A program made the translations under genes and the position numbers. DNA of 63,016 bases, filler included, from Nitrospirota bacterium (GTDB taxonomy: Bacteria; UBA2233): assembly GCA_011620345.1 (NCBI GenBank). It is 9 parts of 9 records of this genome, joined end to end, with 100 filler letters (N's around TTAATTAATTAA, not from the genome) between each part and the next. Parts side by side here need not be neighbours in the genome. Positions count along the whole stretch, not along the records: positions 37,342 to 43,916 come from WOZJ01000009.1; positions 44,017 to 50,422 come from WOZJ01000061.1; 7 more parts are not named here. One strand, given 5' to 3'. Positions 40,352-48,760 of this stretch are shown piece by piece. The first letter of the stretch is position 1; every line of letters begins with the position of its first letter. A model generated the notes under the pieces. That model was given only the letters and a program-made list of their open reading frames with translations. It did no database searches and was not told the DNA's origin.

Positions 40352-40995
40352 CGCGCGAGGGGATCGCCAAAAGGGCGGCCAAGGAGCTTAAAGACGGGAT
40401 GTACGTAAACCTTGGGATCGGCATTCCTACGCTCGTTGCCAACTTTATCCCCCCGGGCATGAAGGTCATGCTCCACTCTGAAAACGGCGTGCTAGGTGTC
40501 GGCCCTTATCCCACAGAAGGCGAGCTCGACCCGGACTTGATCAACGCCGGCAAAGAAACCATCACGGTCGTTTTGGGGGCGAGCTTTTTTGACAGCGCCG
40601 AGTCGTTTGCGATGATTCGAGGTGGCCACGTTGACCTCGCTATGCTTGGCGCGATGGAGGTCTCTAAAGACGGCGATTTGGCCAACTGGATGATCCCTAA
40701 AAAGATGGTCAAGGGGATGGGCGGGGCCATGGATTTGGTCCACGGGGCCAAACGCCTGATCGTTTTGATGGAGCATGCAAGCAAGGACGGTATGCCAAAG
40801 ATTCTGAACTCCTGCGCGCTCCCTTTGACGGGCAAAAAGGTTGTGCATGCGATCATCACGGACATGGCCACTATCGAGATCACGGCCGAGGGGCTTGTGC
40901 TGAAAGAACTGGCCGAGGGAGTGAGCCTTGAAGAAGTGCAAGCGCTTACCGAACCAAGGCTTATCGTTCAAGGCGAGATCGGCAAGATGGCTTAA
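40342..40995 (+). CDS. scoB: 3-oxoacid CoA-transferase subunit B
   Basis: [13 protein letters not shown] catalytic Glu, [17 protein letters not shown]. Confidence 0.93.
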   Translation: MRLTREGIAKRAAKELKDGMYVNLGIGIPTLVANFIPPGMKVMLHSENGVLGVGPYPTEGELDPDLINAGKETITVVLGASFFDSAESFAMIRGGHVDLAMLGAMEVSKDGDLANWMIPKKMVKGMGGAMDLVHGAKRLIVLMEHASKDGMPKILNSCALPLTGKKVVHAIITDMATIEITAEGLVLKELAEGVSLEEVQALTEPRLIVQGEIGKMA

Positions 40996-41018
40996 GGAGG
41001 GCATACCCAAAAGGCATC

Positions 41019-41056
41019 ACGCCCCGGGGGTCTTGGCCCTCCGGGGCGTTTTCTTT
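41019..41056 (+). terminator. Intrinsic terminator after scoB
   Basis: ACGCCCCGG...CCGGGGCGT hairpin followed by TTTCTTT. Confidence 0.75.
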
Positions 41057-41087
41057 CGGCTTGCCTTTATGTTAAAGGCAGTGCGGC

Positions 41088-42095
41088 CTACCCCTTGGCG
41101 GCGCCTTCTTTCTTTTCCCTGGCCAGGAACCTTGCCAGCCGATCGAGCTTGAAGATCGTGACGAACTCGATGTTCTTGCTGATCCAGAGCTTTCTTTTAA
41201 CGATGGCGTCCGTGATGGCGCCTTTGTAGTTGAGTCCGTCCAAAAGCACGCGAATGTCTTCTGTCGCCATCACGAAATCCGAGCTCTTAGGCCTTCCTTT
41301 TTCAAGCCATATCCGCCCGTTGTCGATGATCAGCCCAAACTCTACGGCAGGCGTCTTGACGGCGATCGTTCGCTTCCAGTTTTCGATCGCTTTGCTCGCC
41401 CTTTTGGAGGCGTTCATTTCTTTGAGCAGCGACTCTAGCTCTACAAGCGCCCCTTGGGAGACCCGCTTGGCCTCCTCGGTCGCCTGGCCGAGGTCGGGCT
41501 CTTTTACGGCCGCCCAGTTAAGCTCGCTCGTCAAAAGCCCTGGTTTTTGAACCTGCTCCGGGGTGAGCTCGGATGTGGGTACGCCAAAGATGTCGGAGAT
41601 TTGGCCGGTGCGCTCGTCTTGAAAGACAACCTTGATCTCTGTCCCCTTTTTCATGATGCCGGGCGTCAAGATCCCCGTGGTTGTGTAGAGCATGATCGAA
41701 AGGGCCGTGTCCGCGCCCTCCAACACCACCCGTCCCCGGCCGAACGGTGCCTTGTCCAAAAACATCGAGGTGGCGAAGTACGTGATCGGAGGGGTGGAAA
41801 GAAGCTTGCCCGTTTGGCCGACTTCGATGGGCTCGGTAGGGGCGAAGGCGCAGTCCGGGCAGTGGGTAAGCATAGGGGGGCAGCGCACGATCCCACAGGC
41901 GCTGCACCGGCACCCCAAAATCTTTTTCTCGTCCCTCAACGCCATGAAAAACTGCGAGAATTCGCCCATGCTCCGCTCGTAGAACGTGTACATCGCATCG
42001 TTCATGAGCAAGTAGTCTTTGCCCTCCAGCCGCAAGGTTCGCGAGGCCTCGATGGGTATGTAACTCTCCGGGATGACTTTTTTTCTTTGCTCCAT
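41088..42095 (-). CDS. DUF35 Zn-ribbon/OB-fold protein with C-terminal SCP2-like domain
   Basis: ILGCRCSAC..V..PP...CPDC, OB-fold region, then an SCP2-like tail; AAGGA before the ATG at 42095. Confidence 0.75.
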   Translation of the reverse strand: MEQRKKVIPESYIPIEASRTLRLEGKDYLLMNDAMYTFYERSMGEFSQFFMALRDEKKILGCRCSACGIVRCPPMLTHCPDCAFAPTEPIEVGQTGKLLSTPPITYFATSMFLDKAPFGRGRVVLEGADTALSIMLYTTTGILTPGIMKKGTEIKVVFQDERTGQISDIFGVPTSELTPEQVQKPGLLTSELNWAAVKEPDLGQATEEAKRVSQGALVELESLLKEMNASKRASKAIENWKRTIAVKTPAVEFGLIIDNGRIWLEKGRPKSSDFVMATEDIRVLLDGLNYKGAITDAIVKRKLWISKNIEFVTIFKLDRLARFLAREKKEGAAKG

Positions 42096-42117
42096 ATCCT
42101 TGGTGCTCCTCAATTTT

Positions 42118-43338
42118 TTAGTCCTCGTGTTCCAGGATAGCCACGCCGCCGTACTGGCAGATCGTCGAGCCTGTCCCGTGGACGAGCGCCCTGTGCTTGC
42201 CCTTGTCGATGAGCTCGTTGCGCGCGGCCCAGGCACTCATGATGTTGGAAGCGCCGACCGCGTGTCCACAGTAAAGAAGCCCTCCTGAAGGGTTGACGCT
42301 GATCGGACCGCCGTCTAGCATGAGGCCGTCATCTATCAGCGCATCCGCCCTGCCCATCGGGACGAACCCCATCTCGGCCATCGAAATCTCGAGCTGCTGA
42401 ATGAAGGCGTCGTGGAGTTCTATCACCTGAATTTCCTTGGCAGGGTCCGTGATGCCAGCCATCTCGTAGGCCTGCTGGGCGGCCACGTGATGCGAGTAGA
42501 TCCTGCCCCAGTGGTTCATGCCCTTTCCTGCGAAGCTCCATTCGTTGGAAAGCCCCACGCCCGTGATCCAAACGACGGGACGGCCCGTGTTCTTGGCGAT
42601 CGCCTTGGCGGTCTCTTCCTCGGCCAGGATAAGGGCGGCCGCGCCCTCCGAGTACACGCAGATCTCCATCTCCTTCAAAGGGTAGACGATGTAGCGGGAG
42701 TTCAACACTTCCTCCGGCGTAACCTGGTCGAACTGACGCTGGGCGTAGGGGTTCGTCTTGACGTGCTCAGAAAGCACGCTCGAGATTTTGGCCGTCACTT
42801 CGGGCTTCAAATCACCGGGATGCTCGTCCATGTAGGCCAAGATGACCTCGGCGTAGCTGTCCGAAGCCGTCCAGCCGATCTTTTGCTCGAAGAACGAATC
42901 GCCCGACCAGGCGATCGTCTTGATCACCTCGGGTGTGGCCGAGCGCGAGACAAAGTCGTAGCAGTCGGTCGCCTTCTCGACGCCGAGCACCAGGGCGGTG
43001 TCGTACATGCCGGATGCGACGAACGCGAACGCCGAGGCGATCGTGTAGATTCCGGTCGCCCCGCCGTTCGTCACCCGGATGCCCGGCTTGTTGGGCAACC
43101 CGATGATGCCCTGCAAGGGGTGTTCTGGAATGGCGGCCCGCTCGAAGATGTCGTTGTAGATGCCGTAAGCGACGGCGTCCACCTCGGCAGGCGAAATCCC
43201 GGCGTCTTTCAGGGCATCGCGCGTCGCCCACTGGGCAAGGTCATAGAAGGTTTTTTCTACCCACCGGCCTTTGAACGGCGTTACAGACGCCCCGACAATT
43301 CCTACTTTCCTCGCGGCGAACGACTTCTTCTTGGCCAT
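42118..43338 (-). CDS. SCP-x thiolase-fold protein lacking the nucleophilic Cys
   Basis: RVTNGGATG in place of RVEnAC.tG; SEGAAA, ELHDAF, VNPSGGL, GHAVGA. Confidence 0.85.
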   Translation of the reverse strand: MAKKKSFAARKVGIVGASVTPFKGRWVEKTFYDLAQWATRDALKDAGISPAEVDAVAYGIYNDIFERAAIPEHPLQGIIGLPNKPGIRVTNGGATGIYTIASAFAFVASGMYDTALVLGVEKATDCYDFVSRSATPEVIKTIAWSGDSFFEQKIGWTASDSYAEVILAYMDEHPGDLKPEVTAKISSVLSEHVKTNPYAQRQFDQVTPEEVLNSRYIVYPLKEMEICVYSEGAAALILAEEETAKAIAKNTGRPVVWITGVGLSNEWSFAGKGMNHWGRIYSHHVAAQQAYEMAGITDPAKEIQVIELHDAFIQQLEISMAEMGFVPMGRADALIDDGLMLDGGPISVNPSGGLLYCGHAVGASNIMSAWAARNELIDKGKHRALVHGTGSTICQYGGVAILEHED

Positions 43339-43613
43339 TGGCACCCCTCGTTGGTTTTTTGGTGTTAGATTTTAGAAATGTATCAAAAAAACAAAAGAAA
43401 GCCCATGTTTTGTATGCCGTGAGTTAGAATACACTGCATTGGCTTAGCGGACAAGTGTTCGAGGTTGTGCCAAATTAGCAGGCAAGGGCTTTGTATCCTC
43501 GATCCACACAGACCGGCCGCATTGGAGAATAAAAAGCCATCTTGACGCCTTGCAAAGCTTTTCGCGGCCGTATTACAATAGACCGACAAAATGCAAATAA
43601 AGAGGAAGCCCCT

Positions 43614-43808
43614 ATGCGCCCCAAGCCCCGCATTGTTCCATGCCAGATCGTTGTAGTGGTTGGGTTTTTCCTGGCGATGGCCGGTCTAGGAACTATAAAA
43701 CCAGGTTACGCTAAAGAAATTCCGATCAAATTAGGTTCGCTGGCTCCTGCCGGTACGTCCGTCGCCGTGGCCGTAGGGACGTTTTTGGACGGGCTAAAGA
43801 CTTTCTAA
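43614..43808 (+). pseudogene. Truncated TRAP (DctP-like) substrate-binding protein
   Basis: Signal peptide plus IKLGSLAPAGT, then a stop after 64 aa. Confidence 0.5.
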
Positions 43809-43916
43809 GGGCTTCAAGCCACATGAGCGAAATCAAAAAACTCTTTGGGACAAAGGAGGATATCAAAACCAGGGCCCAGGAGTGGCTTTCCTACATCGAG
43901 AGCAAAAAATACAAGG

Positions 43917-44016
43917 NNNNNNNNNNNNNNNNNNNNNNNNNNNNNNNNNNNNNNNNNNNNTTAATTAATTAANNNNNNNNNNNNNNNNNNNNNNNNNNNN
44001 NNNNNNNNNNNNNNNN
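43917..44016. other. Artificial contig spacer
   Basis: 100 bp of N with TTAATTAATTAA. Confidence 0.99.
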
Positions 44017-44018
44017 TC

Positions 44019-44561
44019 TACAGGGACGGCTCTAGGGAAACCCAGGTGCTCGAGACGGGCAGGACGCAGGTTGTACGAGAGGCCAGGCAAGCACCACCAG
44101 TTCAAGCCAAGCCAACCAAGCGCAAGCGCCCCAAGGTCCTCAAGGGGACGACGATCCAGATGGATACGGGCTGCGGACCGATGTACGTGACGATCAACGA
44201 AGACAAACGGGGGCTGTTCGAGCTGTTCAACACGATCGGAAAGGCGGGTGGCTGCGCGGCATCACAGTCCGAGGCGATCGGGCGCCTGGTATCGCTCGCC
44301 TGGCGGAGCGGGATTCCTGCGGAAGAAACCACCAAACAGCTTATCGGAATCCGCTGCCACAAGCCCGTCGGGTTTGGGGACAATCAGATTACCTCGTGCG
44401 CTGATGCTATCGCAAAGGCCGTTCTTACGCACTTGGGGGAAGACAGGCGCAAATATCAAGACCCCCCATCCTACGGCGCCTGCCCCGAGTGCGGAGGGGC
44501 GCTCGAGCCAAAAGAAGGCTGCGCGACTTGCAAAGAGTGTGGCTATTCTGAGTGCGAATAG
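44019..44561 (+). CDS. nrdJ: Class II (B12-dependent) ribonucleotide reductase, C-terminal part cut by contig start
   Basis: YRDGSR..QVL, TGCG.MYVTIN, GKAGGC, TSCAD, CPECG...EGC..C..CGYSEC. Confidence 0.88.
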   Translation, partial: YRDGSRETQVLETGRTQVVREARQAPPVQAKPTKRKRPKVLKGTTIQMDTGCGPMYVTINEDKRGLFELFNTIGKAGGCAASQSEAIGRLVSLAWRSGIPAEETTKQLIGIRCHKPVGFGDNQITSCADAIAKAVLTHLGEDRRKYQDPPSYGACPECGGALEPKEGCATCKECGYSECE

Positions 44562-44576
44562 GAGAGCCTAAAAAGG

Positions 44577-44614
44577 AAGCCCCCGAGGAGGAGTCCCGAC
44601 TTCCTCGGGGGCTT
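44577..44614. terminator. Hairpin between convergent genes, likely terminator
   Basis: 13-bp inverted repeat AAGCCCCCGAGGA / TCCTCGGGGGCTT. Confidence 0.7.
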
Positions 44615-44627
44615 GGCTCCTTCGCCG

Positions 44628-44924
44628 TTAGCGGGAGCGTGAGAGCGATACGACGTAGCTCGAGACAAGCTCTAGTTCGGTGTCGTTCAACTCGGGAGCG
44701 ATCGGGCAACGGTCCATCGCCCTGGCAAACGACGTCCATGTTTTGTAGTGGTTGATGGGCGGAGCTTGCGAATCCCCGGCACCATCCGTCTTATGGCAGC
44801 TTGCGCAACGCCGCTCGTAGAATTCTTTGCTCACAACGGGGGAACCCTGGGCATGGGCGAAGCAGACGCTTAAGAATGCATATCCCCCTATTGCTAAGGC
44901 GCTTATCCTACGTATCCCACCCAT
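44628..44924 (-). CDS. Monoheme cytochrome c (atypical distal-ligand region)
   Basis: Signal peptide ending AHA, YERRCASCH, L...EL..V..YV..L. Confidence 0.78.
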   Translation of the reverse strand: MGGIRRISALAIGGYAFLSVCFAHAQGSPVVSKEFYERRCASCHKTDGAGDSQAPPINHYKTWTSFARAMDRCPIAPELNDTELELVSSYVVSLSRSR

Positions 44925-44938
44925 GGAATTTTTCGCCT

Positions 44939-45268
44939 TTATTTCTTTAGCGTGACAATGTAGGATGCCAACGCTTCGAGGTCTGCATCCGACTTACCTT
45001 TGGCGTAAGGCTCCATGACGGCCTTCATATCGCCGCCCTTGCCTTCACGGTAGCCTTTGAGCTTTTGGACTATCTGCTCTTTTGAAAGGGAAGCAAGGGG
45101 TGGGTAGATACCTTGGCCTTCAGCGTTCTGCTGATGGCAGGCGGCGCACTCCTTTGCGTAAAGCTCCTTTCCCTTCGCCGTGTTGTCGGCGGCAAAGAGC
45201 GAAGACGCCCCAAAAGCCCCCAAAAAACAAATACTCCACAGAGCCCTTCTTGGAAAGTCCCTTGACAT
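44939..45268 (-). CDS. Cytochrome c553-like protein
   Basis: Signal peptide, CAACH, LKGYREG.GG.MKAVM, SDADLEALASYI. Confidence 0.88.
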   Translation of the reverse strand: MSRDFPRRALWSICFLGAFGASSLFAADNTAKGKELYAKECAACHQQNAEGQGIYPPLASLSKEQIVQKLKGYREGKGGDMKAVMEPYAKGKSDADLEALASYIVTLKK

Positions 45269-45280
45269 GCACACTCTCCG

Positions 45281-45610
45281 CTATTTTTTTAGCGTTGCCA
45301 TGTATGCGGCAAGCGCCTCGAGTTGCTGGTCTGTCTTGCCTTTGACGAACGAGGCCATAACCGATTTCATGCTTCCGCCATAGGTGCCGCCCTTGTAGCC
45401 TTTGAGCATTTCCAGGCCTTTTTCTTTGGAGAGGTTGTTGACGGCGGGGTAGATCCCGGAGCCTGAACCGTTGGCCATGTGGCAGCTTGCGCATTCTTGC
45501 TCGTACATCTTTTTGCCCTCTGCAACCGGGTCTTGCCCAATGGCCAATCCGGTAAGAGAGAGGGTGTACAGCGCGGTTAAGCCCGCAAGCCCTACAACCG
45601 TCTTTTTCAT
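45281..45610 (-). CDS. Cytochrome c553-like protein
   Basis: Signal peptide, CASCH, LKGYKGGTYGGSMKSVM, TDQQLEALAAYM; GGAGG upstream. Confidence 0.9.
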   Translation of the reverse strand: MKKTVVGLAGLTALYTLSLTGLAIGQDPVAEGKKMYEQECASCHMANGSGSGIYPAVNNLSKEKGLEMLKGYKGGTYGGSMKSVMASFVKGKTDQQLEALAAYMATLKK

Positions 45611-45648
45611 GCCGTCTCCTCCTTCTAGGTTCATCGGTCCGCGTACGC

Positions 45649-45682
45649 AAAAAAAACCCGCCGCTATTATACTACGGCAGGG
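45649..45682 (-). terminator. Intrinsic terminator overlapping the cytochrome promoter
   Basis: CCTGCCG-loop-CGGCGGG followed by T8 on the minus strand. Confidence 0.55.
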
Positions 45683-45694
45683 CGTGTCTTTCAA
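45666..45694 (-). promoter_or_regulatory. Putative sigma70 promoter of the cytochrome c trio
   Basis: TTGAAA-N17-TATAAT. Confidence 0.65.
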
Positions 45695-45857
45695 GCATGC
45701 CCATCGCGCGTTATCGCTTTGAAGCGATCAGGGCCCACGCCTCCTTCTTTGGCGGGCAGCTTGGCCAAACTTTGGTGTTTTGTTTTTGACTCATAACAAA
45801 ATATAGAGGGTTCTCTTTGGTAAATTTTAAGATGCGACTGCCTATAAATCCCGAAGA

Positions 45858-46805
45858 TCAAAGGCATCCTTCAGTGTCAGCCATTGCTCCATATGCCGGG
45901 CGGCCTTGGGTCAGTTGCGGGGGCACGGCGCCCCTGCCCTGGGATTTTCTTTGTCCTCCTGCCCAAACCGTTACAAGCCCTAAAGCCCAAAGCAGGGTCA
46001 ATCCAGCATAGACCAGCGGTATCGCCCTGTCTGGCAGCACCTGGAAGGTGCCTAAGAGTGTCCTGGCATTGGTAAACAAGATAGCAGCGCCCACAGAAAT
46101 GCCAAGAAAGCGTCCAGGGGCTACCCGGACCAGCCATGCTGCCAGAGGGGCCGCCGCCACGCCGCCGGCCATGAGGGCGAAAACCCAGAATCCGTTGACC
46201 CCTTTCCACCCTAAAAAGAAGATAAACCCCAGCGTGGCGGAGAGTGTAACGATAAACTCGCTAGTATCCACCGTTCCAACAGCCAGGCGCGGCTCTACCC
46301 CTTTGGTCAGAATGAGCGCAGGTGTGGCGATTGGTCCCCACCCTCCGCCACCAGAGGCATCGGCAAAGCCAGCTAGCAACCCGAGCGGCACAAGGAAGTG
46401 TCGGCTAGGCTTGTTGCCGCCCGGCAGCGCGGAAACCCGGCGTGGAACGAGAAACCGGACAAAAAGGTATCCGCCGAGAAAAAAGAGGAACAGGGCCGTA
46501 AAGGGCCTGGCCATCCCCGCAGGAACCCGACTGATCAGGCAGGAGCCTAGAAAAGCCCCCAAGGCCCCGGGAAGGGCCAGGCTCAATGCCGTTTTTTTGT
46601 CAACATTGCCGAAGCGCAGGTGGGATATGCCGGAAGCCGCCGTCGTCATGATCTCCGCCATGTGTACCGAAGCCGAAGCCACGGCCGGAGCGACACCAAA
46701 GCCAAGCAGCAGGGTGCCCGAAGTCATTCCGTAACCCATCCCCAACGACCCATCGATGAGCTGCGCCACAAACCCGATAAGCGTGAAAACGATCAGCCGT
46801 TGCAC
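45858..46805 (-). CDS. TSUP (TauE/SafE) sulfur-compound transporter
   Basis: AQLIDGSLGMGYG, ASASVH, HLRFGNVD, DASGGGGWGP, GTVDTSEF. Confidence 0.9.
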   Translation of the reverse strand: MQRLIVFTLIGFVAQLIDGSLGMGYGMTSGTLLLGFGVAPAVASASVHMAEIMTTAASGISHLRFGNVDKKTALSLALPGALGAFLGSCLISRVPAGMARPFTALFLFFLGGYLFVRFLVPRRVSALPGGNKPSRHFLVPLGLLAGFADASGGGGWGPIATPALILTKGVEPRLAVGTVDTSEFIVTLSATLGFIFFLGWKGVNGFWVFALMAGGVAAAPLAAWLVRVAPGRFLGISVGAAILFTNARTLLGTFQVLPDRAIPLVYAGLTLLWALGLVTVWAGGQRKSQGRGAVPPQLTQGRPAYGAMADTEGCL

Positions 46806-47071
46806 TATTGCTCCCCTCCCGCAACCCTAGCGTGAAACGTAACTCCTAAATCTACAGACAAATCAGGCGAAGACACGGCACCCTCCTGTACGCTGGATTT
46901 TTTGTATGCCCACCCATTATTGCAAAGGCCGGCCCAATAGTCAATATTATATATGGGTAGTAACGTTATTAAATGAAGGGCTTGTGTCAACGGCCTAAGG
47001 GTGGTTTCCTAATAAGGAAGGCTCTTTTTATAACGCAACCGACCGGCATGATCCAAGGAGAGACAAAGCCC

Positions 47072-48760
47072 ATGCGCAAGGATGCCCCCCCTTCGAAAAT
47101 CGAGATGGCCAAGGAAAACAGTTTCTACCTTAGACGGCCAATTTTTGAGGAGCTAGGAAACCAAGAAGAGGCTTTTTCGGACGAGGGCGCCCAGGTTATA
47201 AAGTTTCACGGGGTTTACCAGCAAGACGACAGGGACCAAAGGAAGTCAAGGAGGAACGAGGGCCTGGAACCGGCCTACCGCTTCATGGTCCGAGTAGGCT
47301 CGGCGGGCGGGGCTTACACGGCCGAGCAGCTCCTTGCAATGGCCAAGTTTGCCGAAGAGTACGCCAATGGAACGCTTAGGCTAGCCTCCAGGCAAAGCGT
47401 GCAGCTTCATGGTGTACTCAAAGGCGGCCTGAAGCCGCTTTTGTCCGGGCTCTCGAAGCATCTGTTGAGCAGCTTCGCCAAGTGCGGTGACGTCGTAAGG
47501 AACGTGACGCTTTGCCCGGCCCCCCCTGAAGGAGCCCTTTCTAAGACCCTGCTCGATATTGCAAGGACGATCGAAGCCCACTTCAGGCCAAAGTCCAGCG
47601 CCTACCTTGAAGTTTGGCTGGACGGCAAGCTAGCGGCGAGCACGGAGGGCGAGGAAGAGCCCCTCTACGGCAGGGTTTATCTCCCCCGTAAGTTTAAGAT
47701 CGGCATCTCTTCGCCTTTTGACAACTGCATCGACGTCTATGCGAACGACATCGGCATCGTTCCTGTCGAGAACGGCCGGCTCGAAGGGTTTGTTCTTTTG
47801 GTAGGAGGCGGAATCGCCTTTAGCCATGGTGAGCGTAGCACCTACCCCAGGCTTGCAGAACCGCTGGGGTTCGTCGTGCCAGATGACCTGCTTGCCGCGC
47901 TCGAGGCGATCTTTACGATCCAGCGGGATTTCGGCGACAGGTCCAAGCGAAATCACGCAAGAACGAAGTACACGCTCGATCGCCTTGGGCTTTTGGGGTT
48001 CAAAGACGAGCTCGAAAGAAGGTTCGGCAAGCCTCTTGCCCCGGCGCGTAAGCCTGTCTGGAAGGCTTCCCATGACCATCTGGGCTGGCAAACGCTTGAA
48101 GACGGCAGGCTCATGCTCGGGCTTCCCATCCCATCGGGGAGAGTCCAGGATACGCCCGGACATCGTTACAAAAGCGCCGTAGTGGCGCTGCTCGAGGCCT
48201 TCCGGCCGGATGTCCGGATCACCCCGCAGCAAAACATGCTGCTTGTTGGCCTCCTGCCAGGAGACAAGCGTAAGGTCGAGGAGTGCCTAAGGGATTTCGG
48301 GGTGCCTTTGGCCGAAAGTCTCAAGCCCTTAGAGCGCGCCGCGATGGCCTGCCCCGCTCTTCCTACCTGCGGGCTTGCGATTGCCGAGGCCGAACGGGCC
48401 TTTCCAGGCCTTCTTGAAGAGCTGCTAGCGGTTCTGGAAGAGCTCGGGCTTCAAGACGAGCCGCTTGCCGTAAGAATGACGGGCTGTCCGAACAACTGCG
48501 TAAGGCCGCTTTTGGCGGAGGTAGGAATCGTGGGCAGGGGCCTTGACTCCTACAACATTTACCTTGGCGCCAGTCATCTTGGAACGCGCTTAGGGGCGCT
48601 TTTTGCGGAAAAGGTGTCGAAGAAAGAGATCGCGGAAGCCCTAAGGCCCGTGCTTTACCTCTGGAGCCGGGCCAAGCTCGAAGGCGAGCGCTTCGGGGAC
48701 TTCTACAACCGCGTCGGGCTCACGCCTCTTCGAAACCTAGCCGTCAGGGAGGTCGTTTAG
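47072..48760 (+). CDS. cysI: Assimilatory sulfite reductase hemoprotein (CysI/Sir family)
   Basis: KFHGVYQQDDRD, CGDVVRNV, YLPRKFK, ACPALPTCGLA, RMTGCPNNC. Confidence 0.9.
   Translation: MRKDAPPSKIEMAKENSFYLRRPIFEELGNQEEAFSDEGAQVIKFHGVYQQDDRDQRKSRRNEGLEPAYRFMVRVGSAGGAYTAEQLLAMAKFAEEYANGTLRLASRQSVQLHGVLKGGLKPLLSGLSKHLLSSFAKCGDVVRNVTLCPAPPEGALSKTLLDIARTIEAHFRPKSSAYLEVWLDGKLAASTEGEEEPLYGRVYLPRKFKIGISSPFDNCIDVYANDIGIVPVENGRLEGFVLLVGGGIAFSHGERSTYPRLAEPLGFVVPDDLLAALEAIFTIQRDFGDRSKRNHARTKYTLDRLGLLGFKDELERRFGKPLAPARKPVWKASHDHLGWQTLEDGRLMLGLPIPSGRVQDTPGHRYKSAVVALLEAFRPDVRITPQQNMLLVGLLPGDKRKVEECLRDFGVPLAESLKPLERAAMACPALPTCGLAIAEAERAFPGLLEELLAVLEELGLQDEPLAVRMTGCPNNCVRPLLAEVGIVGRGLDSYNIYLGASHLGTRLGALFAEKVSKKEIAEALRPVLYLWSRAKLEGERFGDFYNRVGLTPLRNLAVREVV

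Noticed and set aside
23979-48760. Short overlaps of convergent gene ends (moaD/sdhB, thiI/saccharopine dehydrogenase-like, cysI/peptidase)
   Set aside because: Common in compact bacterial genomes.
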